Origin: Basidiobolus meristosporus CBS 931.73
Lineage: Eukaryota > Fungi > Basidiobolomycota
DNA length: 59,426 nucleotides
Direction of reading: 5' to 3'
Assembly (NCBI GenBank): GCA_002104905.1
Contig: MCFE01000550.1
Location: 1 to 59,426 of the forward strand
Position numbers and translations under genes: made by a program. The stretch's first letter is position 1, and each line of letters opens with the position of its first letter. Below, piece after piece: positions 26,185 to 38,519 of this stretch. The notes beneath the pieces are model-generated. The model worked only from the letters and a program-made list of their open reading frames with translations. It searched no databases and was not told the DNA's origin.

Positions 26185-27279
26185 ATGAACGGTCCAAATG
26201 GGGATCCACTCTCGATTTACGCCAAGATTGTGGTCGCAGTCAACGCCATCTCAACCATCGCGTCTACTTTCGTCGCATGCATGATCATCGGCATCCGCTG
26301 CTACAACAAGGAGATTGTTAATCGAGTGAGCATCCGGCTGACCCTGGCCATGGCCGTGACAGACATATTCTATTCGATTTTTCAAGTGTGGAACCTGTTC
26401 TCGACGACCAGGGTCAGCTGCGTCCTATCCACCTGGGGCGTTCTGCTGACCACCCTGGCATTCAACTTCCTGTCGGTAACGGTGGCATTGAATCTACAGT
26501 TGATCTTCCTACACGATCGGCGCAACTTGAAGCTGAGAGAACAGTACTACTTCATTGTCGACTTCGGCGGGGCCTTCTTTATCACCGTTCTTCCGGTGGT
26601 GTTCGGGAGGGTTGGCCTGAAGCCAGACGGGACGTGCTGGTTTCTTGATACCTGGAGAGCGAAAGGAATACTGTGGGAAACTGCAACGTATCTGATGTGG
26701 ATATGTATGGGAGTGCTTTACTGTCTGGTTGCCGTCACCATGGTTGTTTGGAAGCTACATCAGCAACGCAAGCAGCTGTCGCGTCTAATTCGGCTTTCCC
26801 CAGATACAAGGGTTATGCAGCAGGAAAAAATGCTTATCCGAATGGCTATGCGGATAGTGTTTCATGCACTTGTGCCCATTGCTAGCCAGACACCTAGGTT
26901 CATCCTTGAACTAATGAACTTCTTGGGCGTGAGGCCTAGATTCCCCTTGGTGCTTATCGTAGACATTGCCGCCGGATTGCAGGGAACTCTTAATGCCATT
27001 GTGTTCCTGTTCGACCCGGCCATTCACGCAGTGTGGTACGAATTTAGAAAACGCTTGACAAGCCACTTTATGGTGGAGCAGTACGTGTTTACTTCTAGCA
27101 CCCGGTCTGAGTGGGTCAAAACTAGGATCAAGAGCTTCTTGGTCCTGAACAATGGCGTCCAGCGACCTGTATCGGGTATAGCGGGACTACTACCACCACT
27201 TGAGGAGCTCGACGACGAGTTCCATCTGACCTTTGCTTCGGCCGACGACGAGAAGGGTCGAGTGATGAAACTGCTGTAA
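26185..27279 (+). CDS. Seven-transmembrane receptor-like protein (Git3/cAMP-receptor-like GPCR), intronless
   Basis: 364-aa ORF with about 7 hydrophobic helices, Cys in loop 1 (VSCVLSTW) and loop 2 (GTCWF), and a TM7 LQGTLNAIVFLFDP motif. Confidence 0.7.
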   Translation: MNGPNGDPLSIYAKIVVAVNAISTIASTFVACMIIGIRCYNKEIVNRVSIRLTLAMAVTDIFYSIFQVWNLFSTTRVSCVLSTWGVLLTTLAFNFLSVTVALNLQLIFLHDRRNLKLREQYYFIVDFGGAFFITVLPVVFGRVGLKPDGTCWFLDTWRAKGILWETATYLMWICMGVLYCLVAVTMVVWKLHQQRKQLSRLIRLSPDTRVMQQEKMLIRMAMRIVFHALVPIASQTPRFILELMNFLGVRPRFPLVLIVDIAAGLQGTLNAIVFLFDPAIHAVWYEFRKRLTSHFMVEQYVFTSSTRSEWVKTRIKSFLVLNNGVQRPVSGIAGLLPPLEELDDEFHLTFASADDEKGRVMKLL

Positions 27280-27950
27280 ACTATCCCCAGGATCAAGCAA
27301 TGCGCTTCAGCAAAAGTGCCCTCACCCAATAACATTAACATTAACCTTCATCGTAACTGTTAACTGTGGCCAGTATAGACTTATTCCTGTAAATGCTAAG
27401 CACTCACTATAGACAACATGGTTCCTGAAGTATAACAAAGATACAGACTATATCGTTTTGCATATTCTACCTTGCGTTCATTAAACTAGAGCATTCTCTG
27501 GTATACTACCCGCATGGATCCCCCTCAGCCATCATATTGGCTGTCGATGTCCACATCATGTCAGGGCGCTTAGCGGGATACCATCAGCACTTCCGCCCCG
27601 TTCACATAGCTCCTCTCACTTCAACTTCAGCGTCACAAGTGGGTTTATTCAAAGATGGACAAAATTGGAATTTACATTCGCTTTATGTTATATGGTTCAC
27701 AGGTAACGCGCGTACTGACGCTAATATCGATTGCATGAATGCGGCAAGTCAGGTGCACATACTATGATTTACATGGAATAGCTCTAAGGTAGTATAGTTA
27801 ATCACAAAAGTTAATTAGACGGTTAAGGTGGGTAGAGTATTGAGGCTGGTCAATGGTTTGTTTGGCACCAGAAATGTCGAGGAATCCTCACATATTTAAC
27901 AAAGTACTACATACACGTGCCAAACGCTAACGAAAGCAGGGATATGGGAA

Positions 27951-30900
27951 TCAAGAATAACAATATCTGGCTGGGTTGCTTGCCCTCCTCTCTAACTGTG
28001 AGTAATTGGCTTCTAGGGAAGTCGGGTTTGGAGGCACCACTGGCTTTGTCAGGACTAGCTTAAACACATATTGGAAGTCCATAAAGGTGTTTGCGACGCA
28101 GTGGATCGAGTCCGAGCTTGTATTAAGCGTGCGGAGGTTATGGCAGGGTATAACCTGCTCGAGATTCCCGGTCTCCACGTGTCGCACCTCAATGAAGGTT
28201 GGATCGAACGCAAGGATGTATGGGTATTGGAATGCTACAAGAAAAACAAATTAGGAACTACGCCCAGTATGGCTTGAGTAAAATGCATACCAAACGATGT
28301 GGGGTTTCCTTCCCAGTTGATGACCCAGCTCGCTCTAGCTCTTCGGCCATTCTTATTAACATAGAAGGCAAATTCTATAAGATCAAGGTTAGCTGGTGGC
28401 CTGGGAGAATATTTTGACCGGGATGCTTCCAACTAACCATTGTAGCACAACAGGAAATCACCATCCTTGAGCCGGAAGATATCAATCGGGTGTGCGTTCT
28501 CTTTTTTCGTGACGAAGTTGAGATTCTCGTCGAAGGGATCCAGCAAGCCTACACAAACCATTGCAGTTAAGCAAATATACGGGCCAAGGCATGCACAATC
28601 ATACTCTACTGACATTGCGTGCTGAGCGTGGCAAGATCAACCACCTCGAATCCCTTGGCACAGCCAACGCATAGCTTGGATTTGAGGAAGTGGACGGACG
28701 AAGACTCGGTTGGGATATAGAATTCCTTGTAAATCTTCATGCCTTCGATCCCATTCCTGATCAACAATCTACCGAACGCGTTCTTCTTCTGCTTGACTGA
28801 TGCGGGGATGGGCTCGTAAGTCTTCACTGTGGACGAAAGCGCAGTAGATTTGACAACACAGACGAGTGTGCGTCCCAGACACACTCCGGCCTTGAAGAAC
28901 GTCACGTGCGAAGAGATCTTGCGCGCTCGCTTGGCCCCGACGATTTCCTTCGAGTCCAACGTCTCTAGTGGGTACGAAACAAGAGTCCTCTCTGTTGCAC
29001 GAAAATTAGGCTCCGTGCGCATTCATACAGCCAAGAAGAAAACCATCTTACCAGACAGAATCAAGATCAGATCAAAGTCTTCCAGGATCGTGATTTGCGA
29101 GACCTTTTCGATGTCGATAACCTTGCGGAATCCCCCTTTGGCGCTATCTGCTGTCACGTACACCCCATCTTCTGCTCCGATGACCACCTTTTGGCCGTCG
29201 TTGTAGGTTGTTGAGCATGTCACTTTGTAGGTGACGCCAAACGTGTTAGCATCCGACAGTGGCTCAACCTCGTAGATTCCCGTTTTACGCGTGATCAAAT
29301 CTCGCTGCTGCTCGATCTTCTCTTTCCACTCTTTCCTGTCTGCCTGATTGGCAGCATACAGGGTAATCGACATTCCATTACGGCCAAGATGGGTGATCAA
29401 CAGAGGAAACCCACCCTTGGCAGCCTCGGGCACGGGCTTCGGCGGCTGGCTTATGCTGTTTTTTCCAAGAAAGGTGGTGCTTGATCTGCGAGCGACCGGT
29501 TTCTGCATCGAATCGTCGGGAGAAGAGAACAACAGCAGCTCCAGAGGAATTGGCTACAATCGACACATGCAGTTAGTCTTAGCATTGCCATGATGAGCTC
29601 GTACATTCGTCGATGTCAGCTAACCTTCTTGTGCACTCGGTATTCATACCGCTCACCGTCTCGTATTTTCTTTTTCTTGGTGAAGAGCAGCATATGATCA
29701 AAGAGGAACATAGTCAGCTCCACTTGGTCAACCCCGGATTTCTTTTTAACAACTCCATCGCGGATAAGTTGACGGGATTCATCCAGAAGCCTCAAGTCCT
29801 AAAAGGTGGGCGAACGATGGGAGTTATGCACTGAACCTAGGCGGGCCACATTGTTAGAAAAGCTACCTTGCTTTCGCCGCTTTTGCACACTAGCGTATCG
29901 TTAAGCTTGGAGAGGCGTAGCCTATTATCAGCCTTCCCGCTTTCGGTGTTGATTTGGGATAAACTTTCCTTGATGGTTTCTATAGCAGCTGCTAGGTTCT
30001 CCCGATCTGGGTGACCCTCAGGAGAGCTCTTGATAACCCCCTCCAATAGTAAAGGATACCGCCCAAGGCGAGTGGTAGGTCGCGCCAAAAAGCTGTGGAT
30101 TGGAAGCTTTCTCAATTCCGGGAGTCTTTCACGCTCCTATAGAAACGTTACTGTCTGCTCAGTTCACCCTCGTGCAACAAACTCAAAGTACCTCTAAGAA
30201 CTTGGAGAGCCTTGGGTTGCGTTTGACTTCAACTTCCAGGCGATGCTTTGAGTAAACCTGATGCCCTCCATATATGACGAAAGGCCTTAGGTTCTTGACA
30301 TAATTCAAGAAAATATCACCTATTTGATCAATGACATGTTGCTCGCTCTGTCGCTTGGCTAAAGCATGGCACAACTTTGCGCTAACATTGTGGATCTCAT
30401 TGATATTATAAAAGACATCTCGAACAAACGGCTCTCTAGCAAATGACTCGATATAGAATCCATTTCTTAGAGGTTTGATGTAAAGCTAGTCTGCATGTTA
30501 CTAAATGGCAAGGTGAATCTAGAGTAAATGCAGACCGTACCTCCTTGAGTAACTCCAGATCCTTAACAAAGTCCATTTCTGTATAGATCAATTCGAAGAT
30601 GATCTCCTGGCGCTTGCGTTCATCCTTCGAGAGCGAGTCTGATATCTCTTTCGGGACGGATTCAATCCACAAGTCGTTACGTTTCTATGGCATCGCAGGC
30701 GGTCAGCTATACATTACGATGGGCTGCTACTGGGACACTAATTTACCTGCTTTTCCTGGATTGACGCTCTACTATCTGACCTCTCCAATGGCGGGTTGTT
30801 GAGAGAGTTGATTCTTGCCTGTTGTTCAATACGATTAGGGCAGAAGCTGCTATAGCATAACTTCTCAGGTGAGCAGGTTGGAGAGTAGCAGCTGGCTAAC

Positions 30901-32134
30901 TGAGTGAATACTCCGTTGATTTCATAATTCTCGTGTGTAGGTGATCTGGATGTGCAATTTGACGAAGTATCATCAAATATAAGTTCCCGAAACATATAAA
31001 GTTCGTTTGGACTGTCTCTCAAGCGATGCTCATATGTCACATCATGAAACAGCTTTTGACTATCCAGTGCACGTCCCACATGTAACGCCAAGCTACGATC
31101 CTTCGTTTGAAGAATTTTACACAGGGAATCCTGCAGAGAAAAAAGTATTAGAAACGAGCAAACCATGAGCGCATAGGTACTGCAACATACAATAGCCTCC
31201 TGTCCTGTAAACGACTCCTTGTATTCCAGGGACTCTTTCACGTGACTTTTAGCAGAGATGTACTCCTTGAATGCCTCTGCTACGGTCGACAATAGAGCTG
31301 GGGTGTTCGAGAGAACGAGATTCTTCGTGGAACAGAGTGAATCGGCACGGCTAGCAACACGAGAGAGCCCTCCATCCGAATTACTTCTAGTATGGCGCTG
31401 GTCTGCTTTTGGAGGCGATGGGTTGACTAGATAAATTTGCCAAATGAGAAACGGGTCAAGGCAAGGGAGCAAACGGTTATATAGGCACCTTGTTCTTCAC
31501 AGGCAATAGTCTTTCCTGCGCCTTCAGCGCTTGTAGCTGGGGTTGTGGGTTGCTTGGGTGTAGGCTTGGGTGAAGTGCTTGTTTGCGGGGAATTTAACGC
31601 GGGTGGGGAGCTGAGACGAAAGGCGGATTTTCTGACAAAATAGCCTCTTTGTAATAATTGATTAGAAGAATCTGCAATCTGTGTGGAGAACTCTTCATCA
31701 ATAGAAGTAACGGACGCCACGATATCGTATTGTGACCCGGATAAACGATATGCTGCATAACTGCTGGGTGGTTTGGCAGTGGAATTACTACGATCACGAG
31801 AGTATCGTTGACGATTGTTCTGGCCTGAATTGGCGCTTTCAGCCTTGGACGATTTGGAAGTTTGGATCTGCGAGGTCTCTTCGGCCAGATTCATAGGGTA
31901 GTTTTTCGAGCTATATACACTAATTCTGGAGTAGTGGCTACGATCACCATATCTAGTCAAAGTGTCGTTTACCGGGGATCTTACCGAGGAAAAGGATGTT
32001 GAGGATTTGGTGGAAGGATGTCCTTGAAGATTTAGGTATACATTTTGATAGGGAATGTTCGAGTGAGGGCTATTTCTACCAGAGGCACCTGTATTTGGAG
32101 GATGACCAAAGGATTTCGCGGATTCATATAACAT
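27951..32134 (-). CDS. ROM2: Rho1 guanine-nucleotide exchange factor (DEP-DH-PH-CNH), multi-exon
   Basis: DEP (SFTGQEAI, LDSQKLFHDVTYEHRLRDSPNELY), DH (KRQEIIFELIYTEMDFVKDL, SFLARPTTRLGRYPLLL) and CNH (FYIPTESSSVHFLKSKLCVGC, ENAHPIDIFRLKDGDFLLCY) motifs. Confidence 0.9.
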
Positions 32135-33702
32135 GACTAGGGAGATATCTAGTTGTGGTTAGAAGAGATAACAACTTGTGTGATAATGTATCATCGGAGA
32201 AAACTCGGCTAGAACCAACTGGAAGCAATGTTCTATTTATTTCAATCCGTAGTAACATTCAGAAAAATACACAATCAGAGTAGCAAATCAAATTCCGATC
32301 GGTGTAAAAACCAACTGACATTATTGCCCCAGCAAGAAAGTATTCCCTGAGTAGTGAATGTTTATATTAGATTGCATCGTGAGGTCGAATTCCGACTCTG
32401 ATAAGACATATATATACATATCGAATTTTATTTGCCCTCTGGATACATCAAAACACCAGGTTCTGCTCAATTGCCATGTGAGAAATTGGCTCCACACCCT
32501 CAGTTAGCTTCAGGTTGTAGCCTGTGTGGCCTCATCATGCACGGCTATCTTTAGGCGCCTACCAAGATGCCAAGAATATGCTACGTAGGACAAGCAATAC
32601 TGGGCGCCTGCGGGATCCATTGTTGTATCCATATCGGTAGCGCAATTGCCAATATTGTTGCTGGCTGATCCTCTTTGTACGTAGCCACAATGAAGATCTA
32701 TTCGAAGGATATATAAGGATTGTGCCTGTCTGAAATGGATCACCATGAGGATTGTACTTCATGGACCTGATGCTGAACCAGTACACGGCGAAGAAGTAAA
32801 GGTCATACTGTCAGATGGCCATCTGGTGATGAAAGTGGTGTTGCGCATCAAAGATGCAAACGGGGGCTAATACCTCAGGCCCCGCGATTAAGCAAGGAGG
32901 GAGCATTATGATTCCAACTAGGGCGTTGGCAGACAACACTACCCACCCGAAATATGACAATTGGAATGAATCCAGGTGGTGTGTTGAAATCTGGTGAACA
33001 TCTCCACCAGGGAAGTCCCGCCCAATGTCCTTGATGCTAGAGATTGACCTCTCGATGCGTGCACAAAGTGGCAGGTGGAGTCTGAATTAGATGCCATTTG
33101 ACGACCCAAAGCTTGTTCTTCACTAGACATATATGGGGAATCGTCGGTAGCTCAGCTCTGCAAGCTCATGTGAAGCCCAATCCAGTTTAGTGTAACAGTG
33201 TCTATTTCTATCATCCGCTGCACTAGAATATATCCCAATGTGTTTTGCCCAACCCACTTGCCAAATCCAGCACCAACTGTATATCTATAAATAGACTGCG
33301 CGAAGATCCTGCCCCTCCCAGGTATTCTCCGCCGCAAATGAAACGCCGTTCGCCTCCAGGTGATCCCGGGAACCTCGCACGCTGGATAGCTGATCTCTAT
33401 TATCAGAAACCCGCCAACTATACTTCAGGGTCTTCATGACGTATATGATGACAACATTCATGCTGGATCTCGCGGATCAGAATGACAGATTGGTTCAATG
33501 TACTGTATTGATAGTCAGAGGGGTTTTTGAGTTTAACAAGCGAGGGGAGTTGGGTGGGGATGGGGGTGGGGGTGGGGATGTGGTGCCTATGTGTGTATGT
33601 ACTAGATTGACTTTTGATGGTGATACAAAAGCATATCGCGAATAAATGGGATGGGAAATGGAATTAAAATTAATCAGGCTATCGAACTTCAAATATCCAA
33701 GT

Positions 33703-35052
33703 TTAGTATTCTTCTTCAGCAGCGTATTCGCCTTCACCTTCTTCATATTCAAGATCATCCTCGACGGTGGCATCCTGATACTGTTGGTATTCTGATACAA
33801 GATCATTCATGTTCGACTCGGCCTCAGTGAACTCCATCTCATCCATACCCTCACCAGTGTACCAATGCAAGAAAGCTTTGCGACGGAACATAGCGGTGAA
33901 CTGCTCATTAACACGCTTGAAGAGCTCCTGGATAGCAGTGGAGTTACCAAGGAATGTAACGGCCATCTTGAGACCCTTCGGAGGAATATCACAAAGGGAA
34001 ACCTTGATGTTGCTAGGAATCCATTCAACGAAGTAGCTGGAGTTCTTTTGTTGAACGTTAAGCATTTGGTCGTCAACCTCTCTCATGGACATACGGCCAC
34101 GGAACATGGCGGCGCAGGTCAAGTAGCGACCATGACGAGGGTCAGAGGCGGCCATCATATTCTTGGCATCGAACATCTGTTGAGAAAGCTCAGGAACAGA
34201 CAAGGAACGGAAGTCTTGGGAGCCACGGGCAGTCAAAGGAGCGAAGCCCACCATGAAGAAGTGAAGACGAGGGAAGGGAACCATGTTGACAGCAGTCTTT
34301 CTCAAATCGGAGTTCAACTGGCCAGGGAAACGAAGAGAAGTGGTGGTACCACTCATGACGTTAGAGACAAGGTGATTCAAGTCACCGTAGGTTGGGTTAC
34401 TGAGCTTGAGGGTTCTGAAGCAGATATCATACAACGCTTCGTTATCAATACAGAAAGTCATGTCGGAGTTTTCAACCAATTGGTGGACAGAGAGGGTGGC
34501 GTTGTAAGGCTCGACAACAGTGTCGGAAACCTTTGGTGATGGTACCACAGAGAAGGTGCACATCATACGGTCAGGGTACTCCTCGCGGATCTTGGAGATA
34601 AGGAGGGTACCTAAACCAGACCCAGTACCACCGCCAAGGGAGTGGGTGACTTGGAAACCTTGAAGACAATCACAGTTCTCAGCCTCCTTACGAACAACAT
34701 CAAGAACTGAGTCGACTAGTTCAGCTCCCTCAGTATAATGACCCTTAGCCCAGTTGTTACCAGCACCACTTTGACCATAAACCATGTTGTCTGGGCGGAA
34801 CAAAGCACCAAGATCAGAACCACGGATGTTGTCCATGGTTCCTGGCTCCAAATCAACCAATACTGCACGAGGAACATACTTGGCTCCAGAAGCTTCATTG
34901 TAGTAGACATTGATTCTCTCCAGTTGAAGATCAGAGTCACCATTGTAGGAACCAGAGCCGTCGATACCGTGTTCAGCAGAAATGGTTTCCCAGAACTTGT
35001 GACCGATTTGGTTACCACACTGACCAGCTTGAACTTGAATAATTTCTCTCAT
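33703..35052 (-). CDS. TUB2: Beta-tubulin, intronless and divergent (449 aa)
   Basis: [38 protein letters not shown] and acidic tail in one uninterrupted ORF from ATG 35052. Confidence 0.97.
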   Translation of the reverse strand: MREIIQVQAGQCGNQIGHKFWETISAEHGIDGSGSYNGDSDLQLERINVYYNEASGAKYVPRAVLVDLEPGTMDNIRGSDLGALFRPDNMVYGQSGAGNNWAKGHYTEGAELVDSVLDVVRKEAENCDCLQGFQVTHSLGGGTGSGLGTLLISKIREEYPDRMMCTFSVVPSPKVSDTVVEPYNATLSVHQLVENSDMTFCIDNEALYDICFRTLKLSNPTYGDLNHLVSNVMSGTTTSLRFPGQLNSDLRKTAVNMVPFPRLHFFMVGFAPLTARGSQDFRSLSVPELSQQMFDAKNMMAASDPRHGRYLTCAAMFRGRMSMREVDDQMLNVQQKNSSYFVEWIPSNIKVSLCDIPPKGLKMAVTFLGNSTAIQELFKRVNEQFTAMFRRKAFLHWYTGEGMDEMEFTEAESNMNDLVSEYQQYQDATVEDDLEYEEGEGEYAAEEEY

Positions 35053-36768
35053 GTGGGCGTGCAACTTAATGCAAAGGAAGGTATATGCTACGAAAAGAGG
35101 TGTGGACACCGAAGGGGAGCCTGAGTGGTTTTATACCGGAGGTAAATTAGCGAGAAATGTTTTGAAATGGAACGAGCATAAATAGACGGTGATTGGGTGG
35201 AGGCGTGATGCAATCAATGAAAATGGTACTCTGAGTACCCATAAAACCTGATTGGGGGTGAAGAGGTGGAGGGGGAATGGATTTTAAACATGGGCAAAAA
35301 TTTACAGCATATACGTTTTTGCCATGGTGCACGGGTTCAGACAGGTTGTGAGAAGCTGACAATATTCCCCTGCCGCACCCTAGATTGCTGCGTTGATAGG
35401 TGCAATCCACCGCATATATCATTGAGATTCGAAGAGAATCCCATCATAAACACATCCCACAGTCGTCAGATTTCGAATCGATCAATCCAGAGTAGGCTCT
35501 AGTGTATTACAACGAATTGACAAGTAAATGGTATACATTAGATGTAACATAGTGTAGCTGGTCAGCTGAATCATTCGAACTGATAACAAGGCATTTTAGG
35601 GCAAGAGATCATTCCATCAGCCCTCTCATTTGGCTACAACAGAGGCATCCAATGAAGTACATCAGGGGATATCAGTGAAGGCCGGAGCCCGAGAAAGCAG
35701 GAGCTGCGTAACTCTCTACGTAGCTACACGCCAAGCAGAGCATTCTCCAAGTCCTCCGAGCCTCAGACGATGGCAATGACTGTTCCTTCAAGCATGGGTG
35801 ATTGATTCGTACATAATACACTGGACCCCAAGATTGTGTGAATTTTGTAAATATTGATTCCTTAAGTATCGCTGTAATAGCTGTTGTATAGCTGCATCCA
35901 AATTAGACAATTGATTCATAGTGTGTACCTAGGCCCTATACCAAGCCCAGTGCTCATAAGATAGGGATTCGGAGGGTGCACCAAATGGAAGAAATGGATT
36001 GGCTGCTGATGGATGTTACATTTCCTTGTCTATTTCCAACATGCTGATGTATATCAATATATCTGGCCATTCTACTTGGTCGGTTCCTGGGTGCCTAAAC
36101 AGGCAAATGGTCCATGATGTCAGGAGCGCTCTTGGCCACTACGTAGCAGGGGAAGTGTGCGTAAAACCCATTGATGACTAAGCTTCTAGTCGATATCATT
36201 AAATAGTTTGCAGGCTTGCTAATCAGCATGGCTTGGGAAGCGGATCATTTGTGTGGCTTACACTCCAAATTTGAAATGGTCTGGATTCATACGCACCATT
36301 AATCTGCCAACACAAACTTGTCCCACTTTCTTTCCGCTCCTGATCACCACAGCCTTGGTTGGCAGCCTGAAATCCTGCGCTGCACCTGTCCAGGAACTAG
36401 GTGCGTGGTTGAAGAGGCTGCCGCGACCCATCTGCAGTCCCAAGATAACTACACACGCCGTTGCTTCTTACCAAAAAGCTGAACTCTTTCTTAGCCAGGT
36501 GTGCTACCCGCATTGGATGAATCTTATTTAGGCAGAGAAATGGATTGGGTAGCTTGGCAGCTATACCATCGATGATACACGGCCGAGGCCCAGCAATTAT
36601 ACCAGAGGTGAAATTGGTTGCAGTGCGATAGAAAGGCTTTGTCTTTATGTACTTAATTCTTAGGATTAACTTATCTAAATTGTGGTAGTTCATGGTTGTA
36701 GAGAAGAGCAACTGGGTTCATCATAAAGAGCCTTCGAATATATTAGGTAGGTAAGCAATTGAACTAAG

Positions 36769-38184
36769 CTAGAATGCTTGGCCGCTCTTACCTTCCTTCT
36801 CGCAAGCGATCACTCTACGCTGGATGGGTATTGAGGTTGGTAAGGTGGATTCTGGCTTGGGTTGCCTGATTTTCGAGTATGTGTAGACCAATCCGGAAAA
36901 GAATCCTGGCGTTCATGGTATAAATAAAGAAACCACCAAAAGACGGGAAACAACTTACCAAGCAAGATTGCCATAATTCCTCCACTAGTAACAGGATCTT
37001 TGAAATAGATCATCGCTACAATAGCCATAGGCAGTTTGTTCAATGCGCCCACCATACTGTTTGCGGCTAGCATTAATATACCATTTGGGGCAGCAGAATG
37101 TGGGCATCCTTTACCTGTATGTAGTCGAGTTGCTCATTCGAATGCACCAGGCACTGCAATAGCTAATCATGAATGAACTGCAGCCACTAATCAGAATGGC
37201 AACCGCAAAGGAATTTAGTTCCTTAGCGTGGTCTTCCTCTTGACTACATTGTTTGGTAAACAAAATTCAAGGTTATTTGAGGTGAGCTACAGAGTTTCAA
37301 GCATCGTCACTTACTAATAAGCAACCAGGCTGGTCCATCTTTCGGATATCAAGCTCATGAATAGGAATATGGGTATGAGCATAAGGTTGTTGTAATAAAC
37401 TGTGTCGAAGTCCTTAAAGTTCACTAGCTTTATAATCTTGCGCATTTGTAACACATACAAAGCAGAAGATATGCAATTAATAAACATCCAAATGTAACCT
37501 TCAAGGTTGAACTCGATATCATTCCACCCGCCTACTAACGAGCTTAAAATCTACAATTAGGCTGGGTTAGCTTCTGTATCTGAATAGAGCCATATTCGAT
37601 TTGAAAGTACCATGAGAGCAAACGACATCAACATCCAATTGGTCACAGGAATGCGGAACATGATTTTCTCGCCATAGGCAACCAGGATGATAGTGAGATT
37701 CTTGAAAATGGTGAACAAAGGGACTCGCAGAAACTGCAAACTAAAAATGAGAAGGAATTTAACTGAATTGCTGCGGTACAGTATGCCTTCTAAAGTAAGA
37801 ATACCTTTTTCCTCCGGTATATAGCATTACTGCCATTAGTATCGAGATGGGCAACCCTATTGGAAAAAAATGTTATTTAAGAGTAGGTGATGTCTCGCAA
37901 GAAATCATTTCGCTGGTAATGGCCGTGTCGGTGACTTGGTAGGAGGACTTATACTCACAAGTTCTCAAGTCTTCCTTGTTCAACTTTCGATGTTCAATCA
38001 ATCCAAACTTCGCGAAGCTTTTCACTAATAGAATACAGCACATGGACTGTATTGCTAGTATAAGAAATACCGGATGTTGTGAGAACTCCGATAAAACCAG
38101 CTTATTCACCAGAGTCATAAATACAGAGGCAAAGCAGTAGGCAAATATAGGGCCTAGGGAACGCGGACTAGGTAATTTAATCAT
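36769..38184 (-). CDS. VRG4: Golgi GDP-mannose transporter (multi-exon)
   Basis: [46 protein letters not shown] and [13 protein letters not shown] (GALNK motif). The spliced last exon ends at TAG 36769. Confidence 0.85.
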
Positions 38185-38519
38185 TCAATATCTAAAGCTA
38201 ACGGGCAAGGGAAGAGAGGAGGACAGGTGCTCTTTCACTGCGATGTGGTTATCAAGTAAGCCCATTTACAACAAGTATACATAAACTAATCAGATTGTCT
38301 TACCAGGCGCAGATAGGTGGGCGGGATAAATTTTATAATACAACTGCCTTTATCTGAGCAATCATCAAAAGTGTGTTGATTGGACTGTGTAACTACAGAA
38401 CACATTGGATCAAGATCAACCCGCCTGAACGTTAGGAAATTACTATACAATCAAGCTCCTCTAATAACTTTAATTTAGTATATGATTAGTGTGTACATTT
38501 AACCATCGTAATTGAGTTG

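Noticed and set aside
20-34539. Long antisense ORFs over SOD1, TOP2, GDB1, the lyase-like gene and beta-tubulin (e.g. 33865-34539)
   Set aside because: They are shadows of codon bias on the opposite strand of well-supported genes.
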